NCBI RefSeq assembly: GCF_964355755.1
Contig: NC_092670.1
Span: 27,204,795-27,268,794, forward strand
Reading direction: 5' to 3'
Origin: Antedon mediterranea
Lineage: Eukaryota; Animalia; Echinodermata
Length of the DNA: 64,000 nucleotides
Positions 41,187 through 52,394 of the stretch are shown piece after piece. Under the pieces are notes generated by a model. It was not told where the DNA came from and searched no databases. It was given only the letters and a program-made list of their open reading frames with translations. How positions within the stretch are numbered: the stretch's first letter is position 1; every line of letters starts with the position of its first letter. The position numbers and the translations under genes were made by a program.

Positions 41187-44100
41187 TATAGACAATTAAT
41201 ATTAATTATTGTTGAGGTAGTTCAAACTATGATTACACTGATCATATCCAAAATTGTGATATAGAATATTATTAATAGTTATGGAAAAGGTAGATATTAA
41301 AAAACTAAACAGATCATATCCAACAGTTTGATATAGATTATTAATATTAATTAATGATGATGCAGATATTAAAAGATTTTTGCTCAGTTATCAATTTATA
41401 ACTACACTGATAATATCCAACTATGTGATATAGATTATTAATAATAATTATTGATGAAATAGATATTGAAAGATGCGTGCTCAGTAATCAAATTATGACT
41501 ACACTAATCATATCCAACATTGTGATATAGATTATTAATAATAATTATTGATGAGGTAGATATTAAAATATGTATGCTCAGTTATCAAACTATGACTACA
41601 CTGATCATATCCAACATTGTGATATAGGATATTATTAATAGTTATTGATAAGGTAGATATTAAAAAACTAAACAGATCATATCCAACAGTGTGATATAGA
41701 TTATTAATATTAATTATTGAAAGGTAGATATTAAAAGATGCGTGCTCAGTCATCAAATTATGACTACACTGATCATATCCAACAATGTGATATAATATAT
41801 TATTAATAGTTATTGATAAGGTATATATTAAAAAACTAAACAGATCATATCGAACAATGTGATATAGATTATTAATATTAATTATTGATGAGGTAGATAT
41901 TAAAAGATGCGTGCTCAGTTATCAAATTCTGACTACACTGATCATTATCGAACAATGTGATATAAGATATTAATAATAATTATTGATGAGGTAGATATTA
42001 AAAGATGCGTGCTCAGTTATCAAATTCTGACTACACTGATCATATCCAACAATGTGATATAATATATTATTAATAGTTATTGATAAGGTATATATTAAAA
42101 AACTAAACAGATCATATCCAACAATGTGATATAGATTATTAATATTAATTAATGATGTAGATATTAAAAGATTATTGCTCAGTTATCAAATTATGACTAC
42201 ACTGATCATAACCAACAATGTTATTAATAATAATTATTGATGAAATAGATATATTGAAAGATGGGTGCTCAGTTATAAAATTATGACTACACTGATCATA
42301 TCCAACATTGTGATATAGGATATTATTAATAATTATTGATAAGGTATATTAAAAGATGCGTGCTGTTATTAAATTATGACTACACTGATCATATCGAACA
42401 ATGTGTTATAGATTATTAATATTAATTATTGATGAGGTAGATATTAAAAGATGCATGCTCAGTTATCAAATTATGATTACACTGATCATATCGAACAATG
42501 TGATATAGATTATTAATATTAATTATTGATGAGGTAGATAATTAAAGATGAGTGCTCAGTTATCAAATTATGACTACACTGATCACATCTAACAATGTGA
42601 TATAGATTATTAATATTAATTATTGATGAGGTAGATATTAAAAGATGCGCGTTAAGTTATCAAATTCTGACTACACTGATCATATCGAACAATGTGATAT
42701 AGATTATTAATAATAATTATTGAAAGGTAGATATTAAAAGATGCGTGCTCAGTTATCAAATTATGACTATACTGATCATATCGAACAATGTGATATAGAT
42801 TATTAATATTAATTATTGATGAGGTAGATATTAAAAGATGCGTGCTCAGTTATCAAATTCTGACTACACTTATCATATCGAACAATGTGATATAGATTAT
42901 TAATATCAATTATTGATGAGGTAGATATTAAAAGATGCGTGCTCAGTTATCAAATTCTGAATACACTGATCATATCCAACAATGTGATATAGATTATTAA
43001 TAATAATTATTGAAAGGTAGATATTAAAAGATGCGTGCTCAGTCATCAAATTATGACTACACTGATCATATCCAACAATGTGATATAATATATTATTAAT
43101 AGTTATTGATAAGGTATATATTAAAAAACTAAACAGATCATATCGAACAATGTGATATAGATTATTAATATTAATTATTGATGAGGTAGATATTAAAAGA
43201 TGCGTGCTCAGTTATCAAATTCTGACTACACTGATCATTATCGAACAATGTGATATAAGATATTAATAATAATTATTGATGAGGTAGATATTAAAAGATG
43301 CGTGCTCAGTTATCAAATTCTGACTACACTGATCATATCCAACAATGTGATATAATATATTATTAATAGTTATTGATAAGGTATATATTAAAAAACTAAA
43401 CAGATCATATCCAACAATGTGATATAGATTATTAATATTAATTAATGATGTAGATATTAAAAGATTATTGCTCAGTTATCAAATTATGACTACACTGATC
43501 ATAACCAACAATGTGATATAGATTATTAATAATAATTATTGATGAAATAGATTGAAAGATGGGTGCTCAGTTATAAAATTATGACTACACTGATCATATC
43601 CAACATTGTGATATAGGATATTATTAATAATTATTGATAAGGTATATTAAAAGATGCGTGCTGTTATTAAATTATGACTACACTGATCATATCGAACAAT
43701 GTGTTATAGATTATTAATATTAATTATTGATGAGGTAGATATTAAAAGATGTATGCTCAGTTATCAAATTATGACTACACTGATCATATCGAACAATGTG
43801 ATATAGATTATTAATATTAATTAATGATGATGTAGATATTAAAAGATGCGTGCTCAGTTATCAAATTATGATTACAGTACACTGATCATATCGAACAATG
43901 TGATATAGATTATTAATATTAATTAATGATGATGTAGATATTAAAAGATTTTTGCGCAGTTATCAAATTATGACTACAATGATCATATCCAACAATGTGA
44001 TATAAATTATTAATAATAATTATTGATGAAGGAAATAGATATTGAAAGATGGGTGCTCAGTTATCAAATTATGACTACACTAATCATATCCAACATTGTG

Positions 44101-44497
44101 ATATAGGATATTATTAATAGTCATTGATAAGGTATATATTAAAAGATGTGTGCTCAGTTATCAAATTCTGACTACACTGATCATATTGAACAATGTGATA
44201 TATCATGATATTAATATTAATTATTGATGAGGTCGATATTAAAAGATGCGTGCTCAGTTATCAAATTATGACTAACACTGATCATATCCTACATTGTGAT
44301 ATAGGACATTATTAATAGTTATTGATAAGGTAGTTATTAAAAGATGCGTGCTCAGTTATCAAATTTTGACTACAAAGATCATATCCAACATTGTGATGTA
44401 GATTTATATTAATATTAATTATTGATGATGTAGATATTAAAAGATGCATGCTAAGTTATCAAATTTTGACTACACGGATCATATTTGATATTGTGAT
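41187..44497 (-). repeat. 97-bp satellite, inverted and more diverged block (~35 monomers)
   Basis: Reverse complement of the same monomer (GATGCGTGCTCAGTTATCAAATTATGACTACACTGATCATATCC), with shortened variants containing AAAAACTAAACAGATCAT and an internal duplication offset by ~1.3 kb. One degenerate monomer also lies at ~39750-39830. Confidence 0.96.
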
Positions 44498-44886
44498 TGA
44501 TGATATATTCATATAAAGAGTGTACAATACTCACAGTATTTTTTAATCCATCCACATGAAGAAGAGACACAAGAAGAGTTGTTTGAAATTGTGAAGCCTC
44601 ACAACCTTACTAATTGTGATGACATTTAATATAATATTACAGCCATACACAAAATGTAAGGTAGTTAGGGTCACTACAATCTATTAAAATAATTAACATT
44701 AATTAACTGGAAACATTGTTAATTATCAGTTTGAGTTTGACTTTTGTCTCTTTTGTTGTAGAATTGAATCTCTGTTTATCCATTGCTTTCAACCTGAAAA
44801 TAAACAGGCCTAATACCTTGGCATTAGCAATGAAATCAACTTACACACTGATGAATCTTAATACTCCTACCTACCTATCTAATATT

Positions 44887-45063
44887 TATTATGTTTTGTT
44901 TGTTGTCGCTACACTGAACTCAAACAGACGTACATAGGACTACCGTTAAACACAATCCAAATAACATTTATTCAACATATCAACTATCGTGACTCGCGTC
45001 CATGTTAAACCCTCTCCTCGATCCCCGCTAGGTGGCGCTAGATCGATATTGCATACTACCACA
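44887..45063 (-). repeat. Outer 3' LTR (177 bp)
   Basis: TGTGGTAG...CATAATA on the minus strand; one substitution seen versus the 5' LTR; abuts the TSD. Confidence 0.95.
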
Positions 45064-45082
45064 TCTCCCTTTTTTGACACCA

Positions 45083-45258
45083 TATTATGTTTTGTTTGTT
45101 TTCGCTACACTGTACTCAAACAGACGTACATAGGACTACCGTTAAACACAATCCAAATAACATTTATTCAACATATCAACTATCGTGACTCGCGTCCATG
45201 TTAAACCCTCTCTCGATCCCCGCTAGGTGGCGCTAGATCGATATTGCATACTACCACA
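45083..45258 (-). repeat. Inner 3' LTR (176 bp)
   Basis: Preceded on the element strand by PPT GAAAAAGGGAGA (45259-45270); one substitution and one 1-bp deletion seen versus the 5' LTR. Confidence 0.95.
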
Positions 45259-45480
45259 TCTCCCTTTTTCTTAGAGATTGATTAATCAGCTTTATAATTT
45301 TAAGTCGCGCAGCAACTAAACTTTAACTTTAAACACAAATTAACATTTAGAGTAAGATCATGTCAATCATTGAATTTCCATCTGTGTTTCAATAAAGGTC
45401 CGATATTGTTCATTATCAAATCAGTGTTCAGTGTTTTTATTTTTGGTGAGTGATTATAGATCAGTGTTCATTATATGAAA

Positions 45481-48400
45481 TTAGGATGTTACATATTCAT
45501 CCAAATAACGTGGTCTTCGCCGGTTCCGTTGTGGTCTGGTATTTGATGGTGTTGATGCTTCCGGTGGCTTCGAGTTGTTGCGGATGTCCGCTTCAGTTGG
45601 CGTTCCCGCATCGCTGGAGTGATCGTGATTGGTTGGAGTTTGGTTTTCCTTCACCTCACCATCTCTCTCCTTTGGTTGTTCTTGCATCATCACATCGTTG
45701 TTAGTGAGCTTCCGTGTCATTGCACGATTTCTTCTCACTGTTTTTCCATCCGTATCGATGTACACGGACCTGGGTGCCTTGTGGTATCCCGTGATTGTTC
45801 CGTGACGTTTCAAGTCCGGTATATATACTTTGTCACCCGGACTTAGTTGTTCCGCATCTGCAGCTCTGTGACGGTTGTCAAAGTTTCTCTTCATTTCACG
45901 TCTATATCTCTCCTCTTTCTGTCTAAGGTCAGTCTGGTCTGGTAGTTTTGGTCGGAGCTCTTCTGGGTGGCATGGCACTCTTGTCTTTAGTCTCCGACTC
46001 ATATTCAACTGTGTTGGTGAATACCCATTTTGAAGTGGTGTGTTACGGTACTGTAGCATTGCCAAATACTCATCGTCACACTTGTTCATGAAGGATTTGA
46101 TGGTTTGTACTGCTCGTTCCGCCTCGCCGTTTGACTGTGGGAAATGAGGGAATGATGTTACATGTTCAAATCTCCAGCTCTGTGCAAATGCTTTGAATTC
46201 GTCAGAGCTGTATTGTGGTCCATTGTCTGAGAACAGGACGTCTGGTATGCATTGACGACTGAATATTTTCTTCAATTTGGCAACAGTTTCTTTCGTATCT
46301 ACATTCTTTGTGACAATGCAGACCTCAATGTCTCTTGAGTAATAATCTACAGCAAGTAGATAGTTACGTCCCTTGTAATGGAAAAAGTCGGTACCAACTC
46401 TAGACCATGGTCGGTTTGGGAACTCTGTTCCTCGCATTGGTTCTGCTTGACTTCTCCTGTATCTTGCGCACATCTCGCAGTTCCTCACAACTTTCTCTAT
46501 GTCTCTCGATATCCCTGGCCACCATACTGAAGACATTGCATTTGCTCTCATCTTTGTAATTCCTTGGTGACTGTCATGTAGACAACGTAGAATATCTGTT
46601 CTGAGTTTTGGAGGGATTACTAGACGTTTGCTCTTTAGGAGGAGGCCTTCATGTACAGAAAGGCTACCTCTTTCTTTCCAGTAGCTGTGCAGATAGCCGG
46701 ATGCCTCTGATTTCTCGTTCCATCCTTCTTGAACATGGTACATCACCATTTTTAGAGTGTCATCTTTTCGCAGTTCTGACCTTATCTCCTCCAGTCTCTT
46801 GTCTGATGCTGGTAGAGTCACCATCACGCTGTTTACGAAACATTCTACCTCATTCCTTAACTTTTCTTCACGGTCGATCTCTTCGTTTGCACGTCTTTCT
46901 TTGTGCCTCGGCGATCTTGACAGTGCATCGGCTGTGTATAATAGCTTCTCGGGCACATGGTTTATATCAAAGTTAAACCTCATCAGACGCATTCGGAATC
47001 TCTGAACTCGTATAGGGAGTTCGTCAATGTTCTTGGTAGAGAAAAGTGGAACCAATGGTTTGTGGTCGGTTTGAACTCTAAACTTGAGTCCCACTAACAG
47101 ATCGGCCCAATGTTCAAGTGACCATGTGGTGGCAAGTGCTTCTTTTTCGATCTGTGCATATCTGCGTTCCGTTGCCGTCATGGATCTACTTGCATAGGCT
47201 ACTGGTCTCAGCTCGCCATTTTCTTGTTTCTGTAGAAGCACAGCACCTAGTCCAAAACTGCTCGCATCGGCTGATATAACGGTTTCTTTTGTGGTGCTGT
47301 AGAGTTTCAGTACTCTGTCTGAGCTTAGTTCATTCTGTATCTTGACGAATGTTTCTTGTTGAGTTTGCTCCCAAACCCATTCATTTTCCTTCTTCATGAG
47401 ATCCCGTAATGGTTTGGTGGTCTCTGCCAGGTTAGGAACGAATTTCATCTGTTGGTTTACCATTCCTAGGAACTGTCTGAGTTCCGTGACATTGGTGGGT
47501 GGTTGCATTTTCATAATTGCTTCGATTTTCTTTGGGTCTTTTCTCAATCCTTCACCATCGATTATCTGGCCCAAGTAATCCAGTTTCGTCTGAGAGAATT
47601 TGCATTTCGCACTATTTAGAGTTAGACCACTTTTGTCTAATCTCTTCAGTACTGCATTGAGCCTATTGTCGTGCTCTGTCTGATTGCTGCCAGTGATCAG
47701 AATGTCGTCCATATGACATACAACACCTTCTAGACCTCTCAGCTCTCGGTCCATCTGCTTTTGGAAGTACTCCGGTGCTGACGATATCCCATAAGGAAGA
47801 CGTTTAAACACATACCTCCCAAAAGGTGTAATGAAGGTAGTTAGTTTTGTGCTTTCTAGGCTCAGCTTCACCTGGTGAAACCCTGAGTTTGCATCGAGTT
47901 TTGAGAACACTTTTCCATTCGCCACCTTACCAAGTGTCTCTTCTACCTTTGGCATATGATATAGTTCTCTTCGTACTGACTGATTCAGCTTCGTTAAGTC
48001 AACACAAATTCGTACATCTCCATTTTGCTTCGGCACCACAACTATAGGTGCGCACCAGTCGGTTGGTCCATCGATTGGTTCGATAACTTCAAGTTGCACC
48101 ATCCTCTCTAACTCTGCCTTTGTCTTTTCAAGCAGTGGTAGGGCAATTCTTCTTGGTGTTGTAAGGCAAAATGGTTTGGTATCTTCTTTCAGTTTGATGG
48201 TGTATTCACCGTCTAATTTACCAAGGCCTCTGAATAGTCCTGGGTATTCTTCCTTTATTTTCTCCTTTGTAATTGGAGAATTGACGTCAACTGCTTTCAC
48301 ACTATAGGTTCCTGGTATGTCATGGATCAGTCCAAGGTTGCGAATTGCTGGAACTCCTAGCAGTAGTGTTGTTGCGTTCTCGACTATATATACTCTTTCT

Positions 48401-49554
48401 TCTATCTCCGAGTTGTTTCCATGTTGTTGTTTCAGCTTTATGTCCACAAATCCTCGTGTTTTCAGTGGTGTATCGCCTGTACCCACTAGCGTCTTGTCGG
48501 TTGGGAACATTTCTCCGAATCGGTTTTGATACACTATATTTGGCATCACTGAAACTTGTGCACCGGTATCAATACACCATGACAGTTCTTGATCGGCTGC
48601 TCTGAGTTTGATGTGCCATCCAGGTTGTTTGTGTGCATCTTTCAACTGTGACCTGTTAACTTGTTGGACACTAACACCACTTATCAGGAAAGGGTGTTCG
48701 TCATCGACTTGGTTGACTCTGCTTGATCGGCTTGCAGTTGATCTACACACTACCTTATAGTGACCAGTTTTCCCGCATGCATTACAAGTTGCTGATTTTG
48801 CTGGACAGTTCTGTTTTCCATATGGGTGAGATTTTCCACAATATCCACATTTTTGAAATTTCCCCTCATTCGTTTGTGGGCGGGCTGATTTGTTGTGTGA
48901 GTATTGTTTCTTGGTTTGCCCCTGCGTTGCTGGTCTCGGCTTTGGTTTAGGTCGGAATTGGTCAATGGTTGCGGTTTTAGACTTCTGGAGTTCTTGACTA
49001 GTTGCCTCTTTCAGTGCAAGGATTCTAGTAGTTTTAGTCAAGGATAACTTTGCACCCTCGTCGTATAATTTCAGCTTGTAGCTGTCGTTAGTACACGAAA
49101 ATGTTAATTTGTCTCTAACTCTTCTTGAAATTCCTTTGGGAATTTACACTCTGGCGCCCTTTCTTTCACCGTCGTGACCCATGAATCAAATGACTGACCT
49201 GGTTCTCGCTGTAAGTGATGCCAGAACCGTTGGCATTAGTTGTGGGTCGCGCCGAGAAAAGTGTTCGTCAAATTTGTTCATTTTGTATGTGTAGTCGTTC
49301 GGATCCTCAGCTGGGATTTCTTCTTCATTTTCTGGATTTTGCATTGCAGGCTTGAATTTAAAATTTGTGTAGATGTCAATGCTGTTATCGCCTATACAGT
49401 TTAGCAACAGACCTACTTTGATTTCGGTTTCTTTCTTTGAGTTCCCTGTTGCTTTGAGGTAAATCTCAAATTTCCTCTTCCACTTGTTCCATGCGTGTGA
49501 TGGATTACTGCCATCTACAATTAATGTTTCAGGTGGCTTTATGAACGTTGCCAT
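45481..49554 (-). pseudogene. gag-pol polyprotein (single-ORF type), gag disrupted by two frameshifts; pol part open (45481-49041)
   Basis: gag ATG at 49554 (MATFIKPPETL...WNKWKRKFEIYL...LLLNCIG). Frames can be rejoined across ~49230 and ~49120 (RFWHHLQREPGQSFDSWV; VRDKLTFSC). Knuckles CGYCGKSH...CNACGKTGHYKVVC, protease IDTGA, RT HMDD, RNase H ADASSFGLGAVL, integrase HHCC and DFF/SDNGPQY/NGEAER. Confidence 0.93.
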
Positions 49555-49799
49555 AATTATTCTTATAATTACTGAATAACTTACGGAGTTCAAATCTCTT
49601 CAATTCCTAGGCTAGGCTGTGCGGTTTACTGCGTTGTGGTTGCTATGCAACTTGTTTACAATCGTCCGCTGTCGTGCGTCGTTGTGTGAGCGTTCAACCG
49701 ATCTCGCTATTCTCGCTAGGCTAGGCTACCGCTGGGGTAGGTATCTCGGAAATCGATCGTTACTGACCTTTCTGAGCGTTGGATGAGTCGATTCAGACA

Positions 49800-49813
49800 C
49801 ACTTCTGACACCA
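49800..49813 (-). other. Primer-binding site, complementary to tRNA-Leu 3' end
   Basis: TGGTGTCAGAAGTG directly after the 5' LTR; matches the ...CACTTCTGACACCA end of eukaryotic tRNA-Leu(CAA) as I recall it. Confidence 0.85.
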
Positions 49814-49990
49814 TATTATGTTTTGTTTGTTGTCGCTACACTGTACTCAAACAGACGTACATAGGACTACCGTTAAACACAATCCAAATAACATTTATTC
49901 AACATATCAACTATCGTGACTCGCGTCCATGTTAAACCCTCTCCTCGATCCCCGCTAGGTGGCGCTAGATCGATATTGCATACTACCACA
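49814..49990 (-). repeat. 5' LTR (177 bp)
   Basis: Near-identical to the two 3' LTRs; followed by the PBS; contains AATAAA on the element strand. Confidence 0.95.
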
Positions 49991-50019
49991 ATATTTTATA
50001 TAGATAGGCTGTCTATGAC

Positions 50020-50810
50020 CCCCCAGCATATCCCTAGCTAGGCCTATGCCTCTCTAGACCATTCTGCTGGCTAGCTAGCAAGGCCCTAGGCCTAGTCCTA
50101 TAATTAATAGCACAGGTCTCATATAGATAGGCCTAGAGTGTTTAGACTGAGCCTGGTTATATGCCTATTTATTTAACTAGGACTAGGCAGGCCTAATCAG
50201 CCTAAACTAAGGCCTAATAAACTAGTCTAGGCCCTAACTAGAATACATAGAGCTAGCTAGTTAGGCAGCCTAAGCCTAGCTACTTATTAGCTAGTAAGTA
50301 GGCCTAGCTAGCTAGCCTACCAGTTCCCTAGTAGGGCCTAACCAGGTGGGCCTAGCCTAGCCTAGCTACAGTAGTAGTAGTAGCCTACTACTTCTTTCTA
50401 TTTCTAGGCCTAGCTAGACTAGGCTAGCCCTAGTAGTAGGCCTAGCTAGGCTATAGGCCTAGTAGTACTAGTAGTAGTAGTATATGCCTAGTAGTACTAG
50501 GCCTACCTAGGCCTAAACTACTAGCTAGAGTAGAGAGATGCTAGCCTAGCTAGGCCTAGGCCTAGACTAGGCTAGGCCTAATCTGCCCTTTTTGGAGGCT
50601 AAAATATTGTCTGAAATAAGCTATGACCTACACATATAGCTTAACTATCTGTTAAGGGTGACACTGTTGATGGGTGATCAATAAAATATGCTTCTAAATC
50701 TACCTTTTTGGCTTGCAATCATAATATCCAGTCTAGCCTAGGCCTACACGGATCAGGTAGCGAAACGAACGAAGTGAGAGCAGAGAGGAGGAGGAGGCCT
50801 AGGGCCTAGG
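50020..50810. repeat. Low-complexity tract built of TAGGCCTA/TAGCTA/TAGCCTA/TAGTA words
   Basis: Dense, aperiodic concatenation of short TA-bounded, often palindromic words, strongest at 50030-50580. Confidence 0.9.
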
Positions 50811-51044
50811 TTTCAGGCAGAAAAGAACATCTTGAGTTTGTGTAATTATATATCTATTTATAGTTATTTTAAAATATATCCCTAACATTTAAAAAATTAT
50901 ATATATTACTGATAATTAATTATAAGAATGATACTCTACCTAATGATATAATCAATTAAATGTATTTTCCGTACGAAATTAATTATATACGAGGATGGCA
51001 TAAGTGATAGTTCTCTGTTATCAAAAAACAACTACATACTATAC

Positions 51045-51452
51045 CTGCAAATAACTCCTGTACTCCTTCCCCTGCTGTATGTAATAATATAGCCTTCTTT
51101 TGCTGTTTGTTTTTGACGTTGCTCGCAACTATGTACAACTCAAAAGATTTCCGCCATTTTTCCCAACGTTGTCCGAGGGCTTGGCTGTCCGTCGTATCAA
51201 AACCGGCAATTGGGCTTACCTGAAAAGCCATTCTATAAATTTATACTCGTCGCCACTGTAAAGGTAGTTACCTCTGTAAGTTCCTATACACTTACTCTCT
51301 TAGTCGTCATAACAATGTAGTAATAACACGAGACGGGTTAACTCTATTTAACACAAACAAAGGTGCATTTATTATTAGATACAAAACCGCACACACTCTT
51401 TATGTGCTCAACAACCTTTGACCTCTCGGTCGCCGTGTCTATAGACACTACA
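51045..51452 (-). mobile_element. Truncated second Gypsy (Mag-like): 5' LTR + PBS + gag N-terminus
   Basis: LTR 51257-51452 (TGTAGTG...TTTACA); PBS TGGCGACGAG at 51246-51255 (tRNA-Ser type); gag start at 51231 MAFQVSPIAGFD...RWEKWRKSFELYIVAS...AILLHTAGEGVQELF, which breaks off near 51045. Confidence 0.85.
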
Positions 51453-52120
51453 AACAGTTTGACCAATCGTAATAGTGTATACGTTTTCTAAAGGAAATAC
51501 TTATTGCCTTTGTTTTTTTTTATTTTAATGAAGGTCATGGGGTGGTATAAAAATAGTGTTATTTGATTTATTGCTTTATTCGTTTACTGATTTTTTCAAG
51601 TTTTGTTACTGATTTTCCAAGGTTTGCAATGTCTCAATTCGCTTCAACCTCATCCGATTCTAATGATTTTATTTTATGAGTTTATTTATCGAATGTCAAA
51701 GAGCTGTTGACGCTAGTCAATCTATCGCGGACTAATGGAACCAACAATGTATCCGTTAGTAACATCCCTGATGTTGGGTTGCTCGAAGATATTGTGTTTG
51801 GTGACCAGGACTTTGACTTAGCCTACCGCTCAGTCAAAGTCTGTCTGAGACCGGTAGCCCTTCTCTTATTGGTATTTGTGACAACGCCATAGATATTGTG
51901 CGGGATCTATCGGAAAGTTTAAAAATTGATCACGTAGAAGTAAGTGTTTTTTTATTTATTTATTTTTTTTTTAAAACGTAATACATTTTTTTATTGTAAT
52001 TACCGCAAAGGTCATAAAGATGTTATCGACGGTGCGTTTACAGCGTTTTTCTGCGTTTACAGTTTCTATGCGTTTCCTTTCTATTTTTCTATTTTGTTTT
52101 CTTTAGTTCTTTGTTTAAAA

Positions 52121-52380
52121 ATGGGGGAAACTGCTGAGGATAATGATTCTCTGGAGGCTTCGGATATTGAGGTAACTATCGTTTTATTTTCTTTACTGTT
52201 GTTGTTTTATTGCGTCTTTTATTTCTAGTTCTTTACCGTTTTACACTTTTTTCCCAGGTCGTACCGGTACAATTTGGAAAAGGAGCTAGTAGGAAAAGAT
52301 TAAGAATCGATCAGGAAAAACAAAAAGAAGAAGAAGTTGACGTTAATGAAATAGAAAAAGATCCTATTAATCTGGACGAG
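52121..52380 (+). CDS. Putative spliced coding exons (52121-52171, 52258-52380) of an unidentified acidic protein N-terminus
   Basis: ATG, phase-0 GTAACT...TTTTTTCCCAG intron and in-frame join MGETAEDNDSLEASDIE|VVPVQFGKGASRKRLRIDQEKQKEEEVDVNEIEKDPINLDE, followed by GT. No recognisable domain. Confidence 0.45.
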
Positions 52381-52394
52381 GTAGATTTGTCTTA

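Larger units (their letters stand above)
44887..49990 (-). mobile_element. Ty3/Gypsy LTR retrotransposon, Mag-like lineage, with three LTRs
   Basis: LTRs at 49814-49990, 45083-45258 and 44887-45063; 5-bp TSD ATATT (44882-44886 / 49991-49995); PBS, PPT and gag-PR-RT-RH-IN order; two adjacent Cys/His knuckles in gag. Confidence 0.96.

Noticed and set aside
41535-41756. 73-aa ORF in the inverted satellite
   Set aside because: Chance read-through of diverged monomers.
44700-44800. Possible minus-strand exon (TTTTCAG|GTTGAAAGC...)
   Set aside because: Only an acceptor-like motif and a short frame; no partner exon or recognisable product.
45450-48965. Small ORFs overlapping pol; possible env or antisense gene
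   Set aside because: Shadows of the pol frame; only ~210 bp separate the pol stop from the PPT, leaving no room for env.
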